Shown: positions 1 to 13,682, counted from the stretch's first letter. The stretch is DNA of 64,000 nt from Nymphaea colorata (GCF_008831285.2 NC_045138.2:8928001-8992000), one strand, 5' to 3'. Numbers and translations: made by a program. The notes: a model not told the origin generated them from the letters alone.

Positions 1-1399
1 CAAGTACTAATGGAGCCAGGATAAAGAAAAGTTTTCATATATTGGGTTGGCCTATCCTAGATGACCTGTTCTCTAAATTCTCTAGAAAGTTGACGGTCGT
101 GCCTAATTTATTGCATGCATCCCAAAAGAATAACATAGTAGGTTAAAATCATGTCCATATTCACTCTCGAATCCTTCATATACTATATATTTCAAGAATA
201 ACAACAATAATATGGAGACACTAACCTTGTCGAGGACAATTCTCTAACAGAAAAGCATTGTTGTTTGTGGGTGAAGTCACCCGATCCCTCGTGCGTAGAC
301 TTGCATTATGATCTGAGTTACTCACAGGGTACTTTACTGATGTAAGAAAACGTTTTTGAAGCTAATTAAAAGGATGAAGAAGCAGGGCAGGCAAGAGAAT
401 GCTGGGTCTTTAAGCAAAAAGCAGAATTGATGAGATGATCAGAACTTTCAATACTAGAAACAGAGAAATCACATTCTTCTCCCTAACAAAGTGAGGAGAG
501 ATAGTGTGCACCTCAGGTTCTGATGAACGAAGGCAAGATGGAAAGTATTGTCTAACGGTGATCTCTGGTTGTTCCTCTAAGATTGAGTGTCTACCTCACA
601 ATCCAATGGCAGATCAAGAATGCAGCACCGATTGAGCTTTTCATGAGAGGTTTATGTGAAATGCCAACGTCAATGATCAATGCAGTAGTGATCAGCATCC
701 CCAGCTAAGGTTGGCTATGAACGTCGGCGTCAACCAGAGCAAGGAAAGAAAAGGAGCTTTGAGGGAAAGCAAAGAAGGAAAGGAAAAAAAAAGGAAACAC
801 GCGGGAGATTAATAAAGGGAATTTTTGCGGGTACAGTTTCTAATGCAAGAGCAAGCTGTGTTTGTAAATTCCAGCGCGTCTCCAATGTGCACATACACAC
901 GAGCCTTTACCCTAACCCATGGCGAGTTCATTTGGGATGGCAGGGGGTTTATTTGAAACTTTGGGTTCTTTTTTGAAGCAGAATGCAGACGCATTTGGGA
1001 AAATTAGGGCATCGCTTTCTCTAACGCAAGCTTGAGATGCGTTTGGTAAATTATTGAGCCTACCTATTCCCTAACACAGACCCCATCTCTGTCACTAAAG
1101 TTCAGCCTTATCTAGGATTCCACACCAGATACAGCCAATGCGTTGCAGAAGACTCTTCTCTAACGCAACTTGAAACTTGTGTTTCAGAAACCTGGACTCA
1201 ACTCTGATGGGTTACTAATACTATATATTATAATTGTCGTAGCGTCGGTAAACACCCAAGTCTCCACACCACAATGTTAAACCATAAGCACCACAAAGTT
1301 CGCAAGGAACTTGGAGATAAACTTATATAAGGAATTGTGCAGCACTATGGGTAGAACTCTTGAATTCTGATGGCACCATTCTTTTTAGGAAAAAGGAGA

Positions 1400-3232
1400 T
1401 AATATGTGTCTGATTAACCTTCCTAACAATCCTTCATGTACAAAGGAATATATCCATGACATGCCAAGGTTTTATTCAACAATCTCCTAATGATATTGAT
1501 AGATTACAACTTGCATTTATTGAAACTTCAAAATATTTTGTCAATGTTCATAAATTTTTTGAGCAGTTGACGTGCGTAATTAATGTTGTTAGTGCAAGTA
1601 GTAAATGTAATGGTGAATTGCATGAAGCTCAAACAATTGAAATTGCATAAAAAATTATTATTGATGAACGTGAAACAGGGAGATGACTTAATCAAATTGG
1701 AACAATATAACAACCTGGAGATACTCGATGGTGATCTTATTTTTCTTGTGTATAGTTTGATAAAAATGTTTGATAAAAAATAGTGGATTGACATATTAAA
1801 TACGTGGTGAAAGTAATTCTTTATACAAAATGTTTACATCATTTGAATTTGTATTTATTTTGCACATGGTATGAGAAATTTTGGGACAGGATACTACTCT
1901 TTGTCAAGTATTGCAATGGCAGAGACAACTCATTTTAAATGCAATGACTATGGTTTACATTGCAAATGAATTTCTACAATAACTTAGAGAGATTAAATAA
2001 GACAAATTTGTATATATTGTGGAAGTATTTCGTAGGGCACATGATATCCCAATTTTAGATATGAATGCTCAATATTTTGTGAGAGGATCACACTATCGTA
2101 TTTTTATTGCTACCACTTGAGTCTCAGCTAGTAGAGTTAAACAATAAAATTAATGAGAATTCTATCGAAATACTATGTCTAGTATCGACATTTGACCCTA
2201 GAGATACATATAAGTTATGTAATTAAAAAGATGTATACACTCGTGTAGAGAAGTTTTATCTTGAAGATTTTTCAAAGCCAAATTTTCAAACTTTAAGATA
2301 TTAGTTGAAATGTTATAAGAATGATACCCATCGTCATTCAAGTTTTCAAAATTTAAGTACGATATCATATACATGTCAATCATTGATACATAATAGAAAA
2401 AAGAAAGGACATCATTCCATATGCAAGTTGATCTGTCTTATCCTAACACTTTCTATCTCCATTACAACCACAGAAAGGGTATTCTCTTTTATGAAACTTA
2501 TTAAAACAAGATTGCATAATTAAAATAGAGAATGGATTCTCTACAGATTATCTACTTTTGTATATTAAGAAAGAAATTACTTAAATGTTTGATTTGAACG
2601 ATATTTTTGATAATTTTTATAAGATGAAAGCTCATAAAGCACAACTAAAATAGGTAAAGTATTTTGTTGCATCTTTTAGATGTTAATGTCTATTTGAGTC
2701 ATTGTTTGCATTCATTAATTAATGACATAGTTTTCATTTCTAGTTTATTATGTAGGTGAATAAATGACAATATGTAACTCTTTTCAATGGAAACAAAAGC
2801 ACAACTAATCATCTACATATTGGTTAATGGAAAGAATTGATTGTTTTGGGTAAGTAACATTTTTTTTTGTGCCCATTTATGTACTTCAGTATTTATTTGC
2901 CAAATTTTGGGTTGTGATCCTTGTATGGATACTTATACTCACAATAGAACACTTATCTGTTCAGGACAAATCACACTATGCATTAATGATGCAAATAGTT
3001 ATTAAAATGTGTCGTAGGACATGTCACAAACCACATTCTTGATGTGGGCAATTGTATAATGTGTATATTCATTTCCACTACACCATGGTTTGCAAATGAT
3101 ATCTGAATTTTGTGTGTATGTATGTATGTATGTATGTATATATATATGAATTGTAGATATTATATAAATAATATATTACAATTCAACCCTAGATTGTTCG
3201 CCACCTGGGAAAAAATTCTGGCTCTGCCCCTG
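1400..3232 (+). mobile_element. Degenerate hAT DNA transposon (ZMYM1-like transposase remnant with right terminal repeat)
   Basis: Broken peptides RLQLAFIETSK, FFEQLTCVINVVSASSK, LNQIGT..PGDTRW and hAT dimerisation-like LILTLSISITTTERVFSFMKLIKTRLHN (ORF 2305-2523); many stops. 3218-3232 is the reverse complement of CAGGGGCAGAGCCAG, a hAT-type terminus. Left end uncertain. Confidence 0.8.
3111..3147. repeat. (TG)/(TATG)/(TA) compound microsatellite
   Basis: Directly visible. Confidence 0.9.
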
Positions 3233-3357
3233 CTCCCATGCTTCCTTTCTTAAAACTCTCACTCTACTCCCTTCCCTTTTGATTTATAGTGGTCAAAAAA
3301 CGAAATCAGGGAGGATTCCCATCTAAAAAGGATCCAACCCCACCCTTTTCCTAATCT

Positions 3358-4440
3358 TCAATGGGTGACAACTGAGCTTTTGGAGGGTAGTAGGAATCTA
3401 TTACAGTTTCTTATCATTTGATTTCTTGATTCTTGCACCTTGCTGATCTCTATTGGATTCGTCCTTCTGTATAAAACTAATTTTTCTGTTCCCATCCTTC
3501 CATGAAGGCGTATGAGCAGTCTAATATTTAGAAGGGGATTGGTGCATGTCACCAACCTTAGTAGTGCACCCACTTCCTCTTGTGTTTTTGGCACCTGACT
3601 CAAGAGCTTTCTAGTGGGCTCTTTTGGACAAAGTTCAGGCAGGTGGCTATTTATCTCACATTGCCAGCAAAAATGTAGTCTCTCACAAACAATTGGCAAA
3701 ACCAAACATTTTGATTCACCATCGAAGAACTCAACACTATCTAACAATCTTGCCTTTAAGGGGACATCAGTGCAAAATTGGGTGTACCTTGATCTTACAA
3801 GAATGGTGATGAGATCTTCAACTTCAATGAACTCTACACCTAATCTTGCCGTTGTGCTGTGGAAAACATTTTTATTCAATGCTCTAGCCCCAGGTTGTAA
3901 ATCCTTATCAAAAGAGGCACAAGCACCACTGTGGAGACTTTCAGGAGCATTCATGACTCTAATGAGATGCCACTAGCATTTGGCCCAAAGATTCCATGCC
4001 CTTCTCTAGAAGACGACCTACAACTATTCTTCTGATTCAACCCTTATAAGAAAAGAGCCTCTATTGATTATGGTGAATCTTGCTGAGATTCTGGGATTCT
4101 CCTTGCTTACACCCACTCTAGCTCTTGAACGATAACTCTATATTCGTCTGCCCCTTGACTAAGAACCCCAATATATACGCCATCACAGATCACTTGAAAG
4201 GGTTTGTCATTTTGACATAATCCTCAAGAGAAATTGTGATTCGAAGTCTAAAATTCATGGTCTCCAACAACATGAGTTTTTCATCATCTATCTACCCCAA
4301 TGGATCTCTATCACCTCTGACCATCACTGCCCAGGTCTTTCATAGAGGGTCTTCCTCCTTGACCTCGCCTCCTACTGTGGCAGAATGCATTGCAATGGAG
4401 GCCCAGCTCCATGCAACTTCAAACACTCTGAAACCTTGCT
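3358..4440 (-). mobile_element. Degenerate L1-type LINE ORF1 remnant (DUF4283 / zinc-knuckle-like)
   Basis: ORF 3358-3954 has GVEFIEVED..RSRYTQFCTDVPL and IVCERLHFCWQCEINSHLPELCP, resembling the YERL-FCxxC-xxxH-xxxxCP knuckle of plant LINE ORF1. Boundaries approximate. Confidence 0.6.
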
Positions 4441-5426
4441 GAAACATGAAGAGAGAACATGTCTCATGCAGACTTCAGGCTACAAAAATACAACTTGATC
4501 TTCAAAGTGCAACTTGATCTTAAAACTTGTAACTTTAGCTTAATCTCCTTGTCTCCAACCTTTTGCCTCACAAAATACTGGTTCTATTTCAATGTGCTTA
4601 ATATGACATAAATAGGATTGAAGGACATTTGCAGCACTTTCATTATCACATTACCTCTTCTATTATTTTTGTTCATCTGGCTAAATTTGACTTCAACAAT
4701 GACCACAGTCATGGATCTATTTTGTGGGATAGTACTTCATCTGGTAATAACTTTTTGCTTTCTATTATTTCAAGTTACCAAAATGTGACCAAATATAAAC
4801 ATAGAAACTTGAGACAAATTTTCCTTCATCTAGGTCTCCTGCCTAAAGTACTTGGATTATCAATAGCTTTTCCTTTCTTCTATTTCAAAATGTCAAAATT
4901 ACCTAATATAAACACAATAACTAGAGACAAATCTTCCTTCATCTAAGTCATTAGCCAATATGCAAGCTGTCATAACATGGCCCATTTATATAAAAGATCA
5001 TGCATGGGTATTCTATTAGATAAATGAGCATCTTTTAACTGCGTTCATACACCGTGTTTGTGGTTTGTGATAAACTAATATACTTTATTGACAAAGTAGA
5101 GTAATATCAAGGTGGGTAAATGTAAGATGTTGTAGCATTCCAACCAAATTGCAGTATCTCAAGGAGTGCTCATAGTGACCAACAATTTGTACACTCCACT
5201 TTTCATGAAGAAAACTTCATACTTGATTTGCTCGAAATATCTATTGTATATTGTGTTGCGCAAGAGTCATGTTGTAGTTTGCCTATTAATTCAACCCCAT
5301 GGAAACATCAGGCATTGCCAAGATAATTCATTTTAAATATTTGGCTCAAAAGTTGTTTTACTTTTCATATGATCAATCATATTATATCTGTGTATGTGCG
5401 TGTAACAAGGTAACTCAATCTTGCCT

Positions 5427-5428
<2 letters not shown>

Positions 5429-5465
<37 letters not shown>
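5429..5465. repeat. (TA)n microsatellite
   Basis: About 18 TA units. Confidence 0.95.
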
Positions 5466-5467
<2 letters not shown>

Positions 5468-5470
5468 AAT

Positions 5471-5671
5471 GGTGACTCTAATTATCTAGAATCATGCAGT
5501 TCACTCATGAGAGCCATCTGATCTATCATGATAGACATTAAGAAAAAAACGAGAAGAAAAAGGTGAGGGCATATATATTTTTCTCATTGTTTTTTTCTCT
5601 GAATTATCCATCATAATAGATTAGATGACTCTCATGAGTGAGTTGGGTGACTCTAAATAGCAAGAGTCACC
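5471..5671. mobile_element. Fold-back (MITE-like) element beside a TA microsatellite
   Basis: Ends GGTGACTCT / AGAGTCACC; inner arms TCACTCATGAGAGCCATCTGATCTATCATGAT and ATCATAATAGATTAGATGACTCTCATGAGTGA are near-complementary. Confidence 0.6.
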
Positions 5672-5879
5672 ACACACACTCTCTCTCCCCCCCTCTCTCT
5701 ATATATATGTTGTCATCTGGTTTGTGTTTTGTATTGTACACTCATTTGAACCCAACAACATTTCCGATGGTATTAGATAATCTCCCAAGTTTCACACATT
5801 TATTTTCATCATTCATCATCTAGGCTGATCTTTTCATCCAATGCAACTAATAATAATTGGAAATGTACAAAAAAGAAAG

Positions 5880-7670
5880 TAGTTGACCATTTGTCAATCA
5901 TCTAGCAGTTGTATGATAGAATAGCAATCAATCTCATTAATCAAGGTAGAGGATGCTACCTTTTCCTGTTGCTTATAAACAATATTCTTATATATACCTA
6001 GTTGCAATGATGATTTTGTCTCGCTTGGCTTGAATGTATCAATTAATCCATTGGATTCTTCTTCACACAATATGAAGGACATCTAATTTTGGTGTCTGAA
6101 AAATACTACGAACAACATTTACTTTGGTGTCTAAAATAATTCTAAACTCAAGCATGGCAGCAAACTTCAACTCTCGAGTTATGTGTGAATATTCAATTTC
6201 AATCAAAGTTGAGCTCATCAAAGACAATTGAAATTTGGATGTGCCGACCATCGATTTTAACATTTGTAGCCTTTGTAATCATATGTGTATGGTGTGCCTA
6301 ACAAAATTGCATTTCAAGGCTGTCTTGAAACTTGTGCTTTTAGGAATTGTTAGTATGGACATAATAAACACACCCAAACACATAAATCATAACAGTTAGA
6401 ATGAACACTGACTTATTTTCTGAATGCTCATGGGAAGCCTTTTTATAACCGACAAATGGGTAGGTTACCATATTCACGAAACTTTTTAAATGTGCTCATG
6501 TTTTCTTTCTGCACAGTTGGGTGTGTGTGTGTCTATGTGGGAAAGTTATCTTTCTTTCACTTCCATTATGCTGGTAAAAAAAAGAATAGTTACTGGAAGA
6601 AAATTCACCTCTCCCAACGGATTGGAAGCATTAATGTGTTAGAAAAGTGATTCTTGATGAAGGAATGACTTTTTTTTAAACAAGAAAAAGGAAGATTCAT
6701 TTTCATAAAAAAATATCTGAGACGAGCTATTAACAAGAGATAGTACTTAGTGCCAAAACTAAAGGTAACTAGGGCAGATTCCCCCATATCTGATCTCAGC
6801 CTCTCCTTAGGAACAAGAAACTAGAAACAATCTTCTCAATAAAATGAGCTACACAATAATCCAACTGACCAAGCCACAAATCTAATTTCTTACATTCAAG
6901 AACACTAAAAACTCGTTCAGAAAAGGCTATAGGTGACACTAATAAAGGCTTTAAACTGAGACAAGCAGGTAAAACATGAATAGGAGAACATTCTTGGAAA
7001 ACACATGCAGCTTTGCCTTTTCCTTTCAAAAATGTTTCTTTCTCCCATGCCAAGATTCTTGACACCAACAAAAAGGGGATTAAAATCGACTCGAGTATGA
7101 ATTTACAAACAAGATTAGAATATTTAGGAGAATGAAGAACATTGGAAAGCTAATACAATCCCATTATAAGGAGCTAGATAGTGGGAACAATGTCCACTGT
7201 ATATGCTATTTTCTAACAAAATATGAAATAGCATCCAAGAGCTGATTTGCTTCTTTAGTGACATGAGTCGCTATCTCCAAATCCACATACCATGTTTCCT
7301 GTTCATTCTGTTTCCCATTAGTCACAAATTTTTCTTCGGTTTCCTCCTCCTGAAACTTTTTGTTATATATTATGGAGATTACAACAACAATTTGACTTCA
7401 CATGCGAGAAGCTCATGTTCCCTCTAACTGTGCGATCCTTGCCCTCTTCCCCAATATCTATAGCCTTCTTTATCTTGCAGATAGGCAAGCCTTGTAACAA
7501 GAATATCCTGGATATTTTGTATCTTCAAAATCCATTTAATGCAATCTCATGCCGTAAAAATTTTTCATGTGAGTCCTCAAACTTAAGAAGCTTTAGCAAA
7601 CAACAAAGTCGTGAGGGCATAATAGACTCCAATATGCTCAAAATTTGTTGCACTGCATGTGAGGACATAA
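5880..7670 (-). mobile_element. Possible highly decayed LINE ORF2 3' region (RNase H-like remnant)
   Basis: IEYSHITRELKFAAMLEF (ORF 6063-6263) resembles the HV.RE.N..A motif ending plant LINE RNase H-like domains; PIRWER upstream. Weak. Confidence 0.35.
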
Positions 7671-7671
7671 T

Positions 7672-9404
7672 TGTAAGATTTTGATGTATATCACCAAACC
7701 ACCAGATGAAGTCTTAAGGAGGTGCGAGAAGATGAAAACAGGAACAGGCTGCTCGAGAAAAGAGAGAGAGAGAAGAAAGAGGGCTATAGGTTGGGCGCCT
7801 GCCCCTTGTCATTACTATATACTAATTTGCGTTACAAGTAAATACATAAAACAACAATAAAAATTACAAGTATGCCACCACCCATTATGTGTGGCGTGTG
7901 GTGAAGATGGGTTGGGTCTAAGATGACCTGAAACCATATCTTAACAGCCTTCGTCAAGTTGTACATGAGGTTTGATCATGCACCAATTGTTCTTCAATTC
8001 CCAGAAGTGACGCCCTATAAGATCCTTGGTAAATAGATCAGTCACTTGTTGAGACATGGATATATAAGTAGAAACAAATTCATTCTCCTCAACCTTCTGG
8101 CGAATGAAGTGTTAATCAATCTCTATATGCTTAGTGCGATTATGTAAAATAGGATTAAAAGCAATCATGATCACACTTTGATTATCACAAAATAGAGATG
8201 ATTGAGGAATGGGAAGGAAATTTTCTCCAAGAAGATGATGCAACCGTGAAGCTTCAGGTGTGCCGGCAACTATTGCCTTATATTCTGCCTCAATGCTCAA
8301 TCTGGCAACTGCATGTTGTTCCCGGTTACTCTAGCAAATAAGATTGGAATTAAGGAAGATACAATAACCTGAAACTGATCATCTATCATCTGGATCACCT
8401 GCCCAATCTGCATCAGTATAGGTGAAAATGGTATGTATATTCAAATCAGTTGACTGTCTTGTGTAGACAAGTCCATCCCCAAGAGTAGCCTTAAGATAAT
8501 GTATTTTCCTTTTGTGGGTGCATGCATAAACTGCGATACTTGATTCACTACATATACTTTGTCTAGGCATATAAAAGTGAGATATTGCAAAATACCAACT
8601 ATACTCCTAGAAACTAGGATTTGAGTCACTCCCATCAGAGACATTCAATTTTGTGTTGAGAACACTAGGAGTATTTATGGGCTTGTAATTTGTCATACCT
8701 GCTCTATCCAAAATATCAAGAGTATATTTGTGATGCGTAAACGGTAACATGTCACCCAAAAAATACCGTAGCTCACCGAGATCCTTCATCTTGAATAGTT
8801 GCTTCAATACTTCCTTAACATGAGATATATGACACGAAGAATTTCTAGTAAAAACTATGTCATCAACATATATGAGTAGTGAAGTTGTAATTTCACTTGA
8901 ATGATATATGAATAAGGAATGGTCAAGTGAACTTCTGAGAAAACCAGCCTGCTGTATATGAAGATAAAATCTATCGAACCATGAGCAAGATGCTTACTTA
9001 AGCCCATACAACAATTTTTGTAATTTACATACCCATTGAGTTGGATAATTGGTATCATAACCTGGAGGTTATTCTATGTATACTTCTTCCTTTAAAAAAC
9101 TATGAAGAAAATAATTTTTAACATCTAACTGATCCTTCAAGTGTAGATAGTGGCAGTCGATTAATGACATGAACATCAGTATGAAAGGCTTCTCAGTTCA
9201 TAAATTCATGGGCACATTTGTGCCATGTAGCATACTTAGTGCACATTCAACTATGTGTCTATGCTTTCTTTTAGCAACTCCATTTTGTTGTGTTGTGTGT
9301 GGACAGGAAATCTGTCTAGTGATCACATGATTTAGTAAATACTCAATAAATTCATTTGAGATGAACTCACCTCTACCATCACATTGGAAATTGCACAATA
9401 TTAC
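7672..9404 (-). mobile_element. Copia element I, 3' half (integrase/RT/RNase H remnants plus 3' LTR 7672-7946)
   Basis: Fragments [68 protein letters not shown] related to those at 9405, 32920 and 58861. Confidence 0.85.
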
Positions 9405-11230
9405 TGTTAAGATTGTAAGACTTGGATTGGGTCAACCCAGACCCAACCCACCTTCTCCACATGCCCACACATAATGGGCGGTGGCATACTTGTAAATGAT
9501 TATTGTTTTGTATATTTACTTGTAACACAAATTAGGTTATATTAATGATAAGGGACGGATACCACGGCTGCTGCCCTCTTTCCTCTCTCTCTCTCTCTCT
9601 CTTGCAGTCCTCTTTTCTTCTTCTTCTCCTCTTGCATCTACTAAAGACTCCATCCGGTGGTATGGTATTATACATCAAATTTTACATGATATCAAAGCAG
9701 ATTTTGCCACTTAGATTGTCCAATGAGAATCTTTGATTTCTGCCCTAATTCCTATTTTTATGTCCTAATCCTAAAATCTTTTATTTCTGCCTTAATTTCT
9801 GTTTCTCTCCCTAATCCTAAAATCCATATTTTCTACCCTAATTTATGCATCTGCCCTAATCCATGACATCTATTCTAATATCAAAATTTTCTATTTTATT
9901 TCTGTATTTTTTATTGTTGTCGTCTGCCCAATCTCTGACATCTATACTTAAATTCCAAAATCTGTCATTTGCCCAAATACGTGTTGTCTGCCCTAATTCA
10001 AGACTACCTGCTTTGAGTTTCCATTCCTATTCGTATAGCTTCAAAATTTAGCTAGGGACCATCACAACCGCATTTCCACCATCTTGTTGTCCAGCTTCCT
10101 CTCTCAACTCATCTCACAAAGCTAAACCACACCAACTATTTGACTTGGAAACATCAAATAACCCTTTCATCAAGAGTCACTATCTCTATGGACATCTCAA
10201 TGGCATCACACCTTCGCCACCCGAATGCGTCATGCAAGAGGTGAAGAATGTTGCAGGACAAGTTCAAGAAACCATTGCAGAAATCAATCCTGAATATGAA
10301 ACGTGGATGACTCATGATCAATCTCTTGTTGCATATATCACCTCCATACTATCAGAAGAAGTTCTAGCGGGTGTTGATCATGATCTTTCAGCACTTGAAT
10401 TGTGGAATGTGCTCTCTACCATGTATTCTCAAGTATCAGAAGTGAGATTTCTACAACTCAAGAGGCAATTTCAGGATATCAAGCGAGAAACATATTCAGT
10501 TTTGAAATACATGCATGAAATAAAAAATGTCAGTGACCAACTTGCAATCATAGAGCACCCAGTCAGTGACAATGACAAGGTATGACAAGCTTTAAGTGGA
10601 TTGGGGTCATAATTTTATGTTTTCTGCACTGGTTTAGAGGTATTACATATTCTTTCCTCTTTTGAAGATTTGAAAGAAAAATTGTTTTAGCATGAAGCGA
10701 GTATGTACAACAACAAGAATTATTTCCTTATGGCAGTCATAATGTGTTGGTCACTTGGACCCATGCTTTGCAAGGAAATTGTTTAAGAGTTTGGAACTCA
10801 CAGGCAGAGATGGAGAGAGGTATTCTTCCTATACCAAACACAAATGCACAGGCAAATGTACTACGAAGGATACCTACTTGTTTTTATTACAATAAGAGAG
10901 GTCATGTAAAGTCAGAATGTTGGCATAATCCTCATAATAAGGGGACATAGGTTGGGCATGATAATAAAGTAGCAAGGTCAGTTATATCAAACACGATTAC
11001 AACATCAAACATTCCTCATAATATGCAGCAGATTTTAATGACAGCTTTGTCCAGAGTCAATCTTAAGTAAAATGAGGAAGGACAATGGTATGTGAATTTT
11101 GGTGCCGCAGCTCATGTGACTGATGACTCAAGTAAGCTTTCTAGGGCTCTCCCTTATTTAGCTAAAGGTTCAGTTGTCATATAAGATGACTTCCACTACA
11201 AAATATCACATATTATAAATGCACAATATC
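9405..11230 (+). mobile_element. Copia element H, 5' half (LTR 9405-9686, decayed PBS, gag-protease remnant)
   Basis: TG..CA LTR then TGATATCAAAGC (decayed Met-i PBS); gag homologous to 18755 and 37300 copies ([23 protein letters not shown]); zinc knuckle; truncated about 11230. Confidence 0.85.
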
Positions 11231-12139
11231 CATGTGTTTGCATCCCAAAAAATTTGGTATTTGGAGTGCTCAAGAAAAATGAGGTTTTGTTTTGAAATAG
11301 GGAAGAAATGAACTCGCCAGTCGGTACGAGGATCGACCGTTTCCGATGCCTTTACTGAGGGTAATCAATCCAAGGGCTATGTCTATTACTGATGCATTTC
11401 ATTTTGGCTTAAACATCTTTTCATTTTATATGCGGTATAGAAAATATTAAAAGTTTGATGTTTCAAAATTTTGAAAAGACTCTTGAAGAGTTGCTTGAAA
11501 ATGTGAAATGTTTTGAGGAAAAAGTAGAATTAGTAAATATCATTTGAAAAGCTTGTGAAATCATTTTGAAATCACTTTAGTGTTCTCTTAAGACTTTAAG
11601 TAGGTTTGAGATTTTGCTCTAATTCGGTTACTACCTAGTTAGAGCTCCATCCCATCTTGCTTAAGTTCTTTTGCTTAAGTTCTTTTGAAGAGGTACTTGT
11701 GATCATAAGTGAAATAAAGTGGGTGAGAATGCATAAATGCATTTATCCTATATGATTGGAAGAATGTAAAACATTCCTACCACAACATTCATCTAAAGTC
11801 ATTCCTACCACAACATACATCTAATATTTTGTTGTTATAATTATTGTATATAAGAGGAAAAGTTTTTGAAAAAGGATAGGAATTGTAGACCATCAAGCAT
11901 GATTCCAATATTGGGTTATTACTTGGTTTGTGGTCTTAATGAAGTTGGTAAATAGAAAGCTCGTGAGAGGAGAATGTTAAAAGAATTTGGTTCCGTAGGG
12001 CACACTGGTGTTTGCATTACTGCATCAACCACTTCGTAGCCCTTGAAGCTTCTGGAATCAGCAAGTTCACTTGGCGTGGAGCCAAAACCAAGTGGATCCG
12101 ATGATGAATATCCATAGACAAAGTGAGATTTGAAGATGA

Positions 12140-12389
12140 GAAGAGGCAGCGGCAGAGGACGAAGATGAGAAGAGGAAGACGAGGGAAGCCCGACGTGAAG
12201 AGCCCTAACGGGCAAAAAAAATAATTCCGAAAATATTTTTCCACCTCTTGCGGTGGAAACACATTTCCAGAAAAATCTTTTCTATTCCAGCCTCAACGGC
12301 TTAAAAAAACTTTCGCGTTTGATAAATCGAAAAAATTTTGAAATTTTTTTCCTGAGCTACAGTAAATTTCCAACCCATCAAAGAGGCCC
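12140..12389. mobile_element. Possible PIF/Harbinger-type terminus
   Basis: Ends ATCAAAGAGGCCC followed by TTA (reverse complement GGGCCTCTTTGAT), similar to the terminus at 33787; partner end not found. Confidence 0.3.
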
Positions 12390-12891
12390 TTAATCTCAAA
12401 ATTAAGAAAGATATTCCTCGTTCCTGATGAATATAGTAGAATATCCTCCTTTGTCATCTTGTGTTTGAGGTGATGTGAATACAGAAACTAGTATAAATCC
12501 ATTCAGGTGAGTAAATAGCCCCTACCTCCTTAGGAAAAGAATTATCTACCTCTAAGTCAAGAAGAGAAAGCTTTGATGGTAGGCCAAAATGTGAAAAGCA
12601 GGAATCCTTAGGAATAAGAACAGACTAATAGAATCAACGGGAATTCAGAAAAGCACAAACCTGCCTTCGTTAGGGCAGATAGAATAAAGGGCATAAGACA
12701 ATTTATAGAACAGAATATCTGAGACCAGGACAAAAAAAGTTCAGAAACAAGATAATAATTAGACACCAAAAAACAGTTATACACAGAAATTTAGATCTGA
12801 TGCAGAAAATAGTTGAAAATGAATCCACACATGTAGGAAAACAGGTGGCAGGCACAGGAAATCAGTACTTCAAACAGTGAAAAAGATAGTG

Positions 12892-13176
12892 AGACAGATC
12901 ATGTGTTCAGATAAGACAGATCATCGCAGATTATAAAACAGAAGTATCACCTCAGAAAAATTAGATGCGGGCATCCAAGAAAGAGGAAATAATAGGGGCG
13001 ATTGGAGACAAGTTAAATCAGAGATTCTGAGAAGACAGATCATGTGTTCAGATAAGACACAGATCATCGCAGATTTTAAAACAGAAGTATCACCTCAGAA
13101 AAATTAGATGCGGGCATCCAAGAAAGAGGAAATAAGAGGGGAGATTAGAGACAAGTTAAATCAGAGATTCTGAGAA
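12892..13176. repeat. Tandem duplication, two copies of about 141 bp
   Basis: AGACAGATCATGTGTTCAGATAAGAC...AGAGATTCTGAGAAG starts at 12892 and again at 13033 with a few differences. Confidence 0.9.
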
Positions 13177-13568
13177 GAAAGTTGGACAAACAGAGATTGT
13201 GGAACCAAACCACTCTTCCTTTTTCCCTTTTATCTTTTGTGGGTTGCGGAGAGACCATGTAAGTTTTGGTAGATATTAAGCAAGAAGTGAGAAAAAAAAC
13301 ACTACAACGAAAGTCTGGCAGCATTGAACGGCTGGTTCATCGACCCATTATAATAATGTCTTGCAATCATTAGGGTACAATAATACCCTATTGGCCTATT
13401 CCTTATAAGGAACTGATAATAAAACCAACAATACAAATTGGGATTCAATCAGCTTGGATTTCCGACCAAACTTGTAAGTAATATATTTTCAAACTTAAAC
13501 ATATCACATTATTTAAGCTATCAATCGAAAGCAGCTACATGCTTCAAGAGCACCAAATAGTGGTAATT

Positions 13569-13682
13569 TCACAGTTTACTTCTTGCATAGTGCTCCTGTC
13601 TCATTTGATCACGCAGAACTCTCCTCAGTATCTTGTTTGAAGCAGTTCGAGGGAATTCCTCGATGACCTTAACAAAGCTAAC
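13569..13682 (-). CDS. AAE18: AAE18 last coding exon
   Basis: [37 protein letters not shown]; acceptor TTTGCAG. Confidence 0.92.
   Translation of the reverse strand, partial: VSFVKVIEEFPRTASNKILRRVLRDQMRQEHYARSKL

Noticed and set aside
11231..11900. Possible gypsy-type non-coding fragment
   Set aside because: Only compositional impression; no terminus, PBS, PPT or peptide motif.
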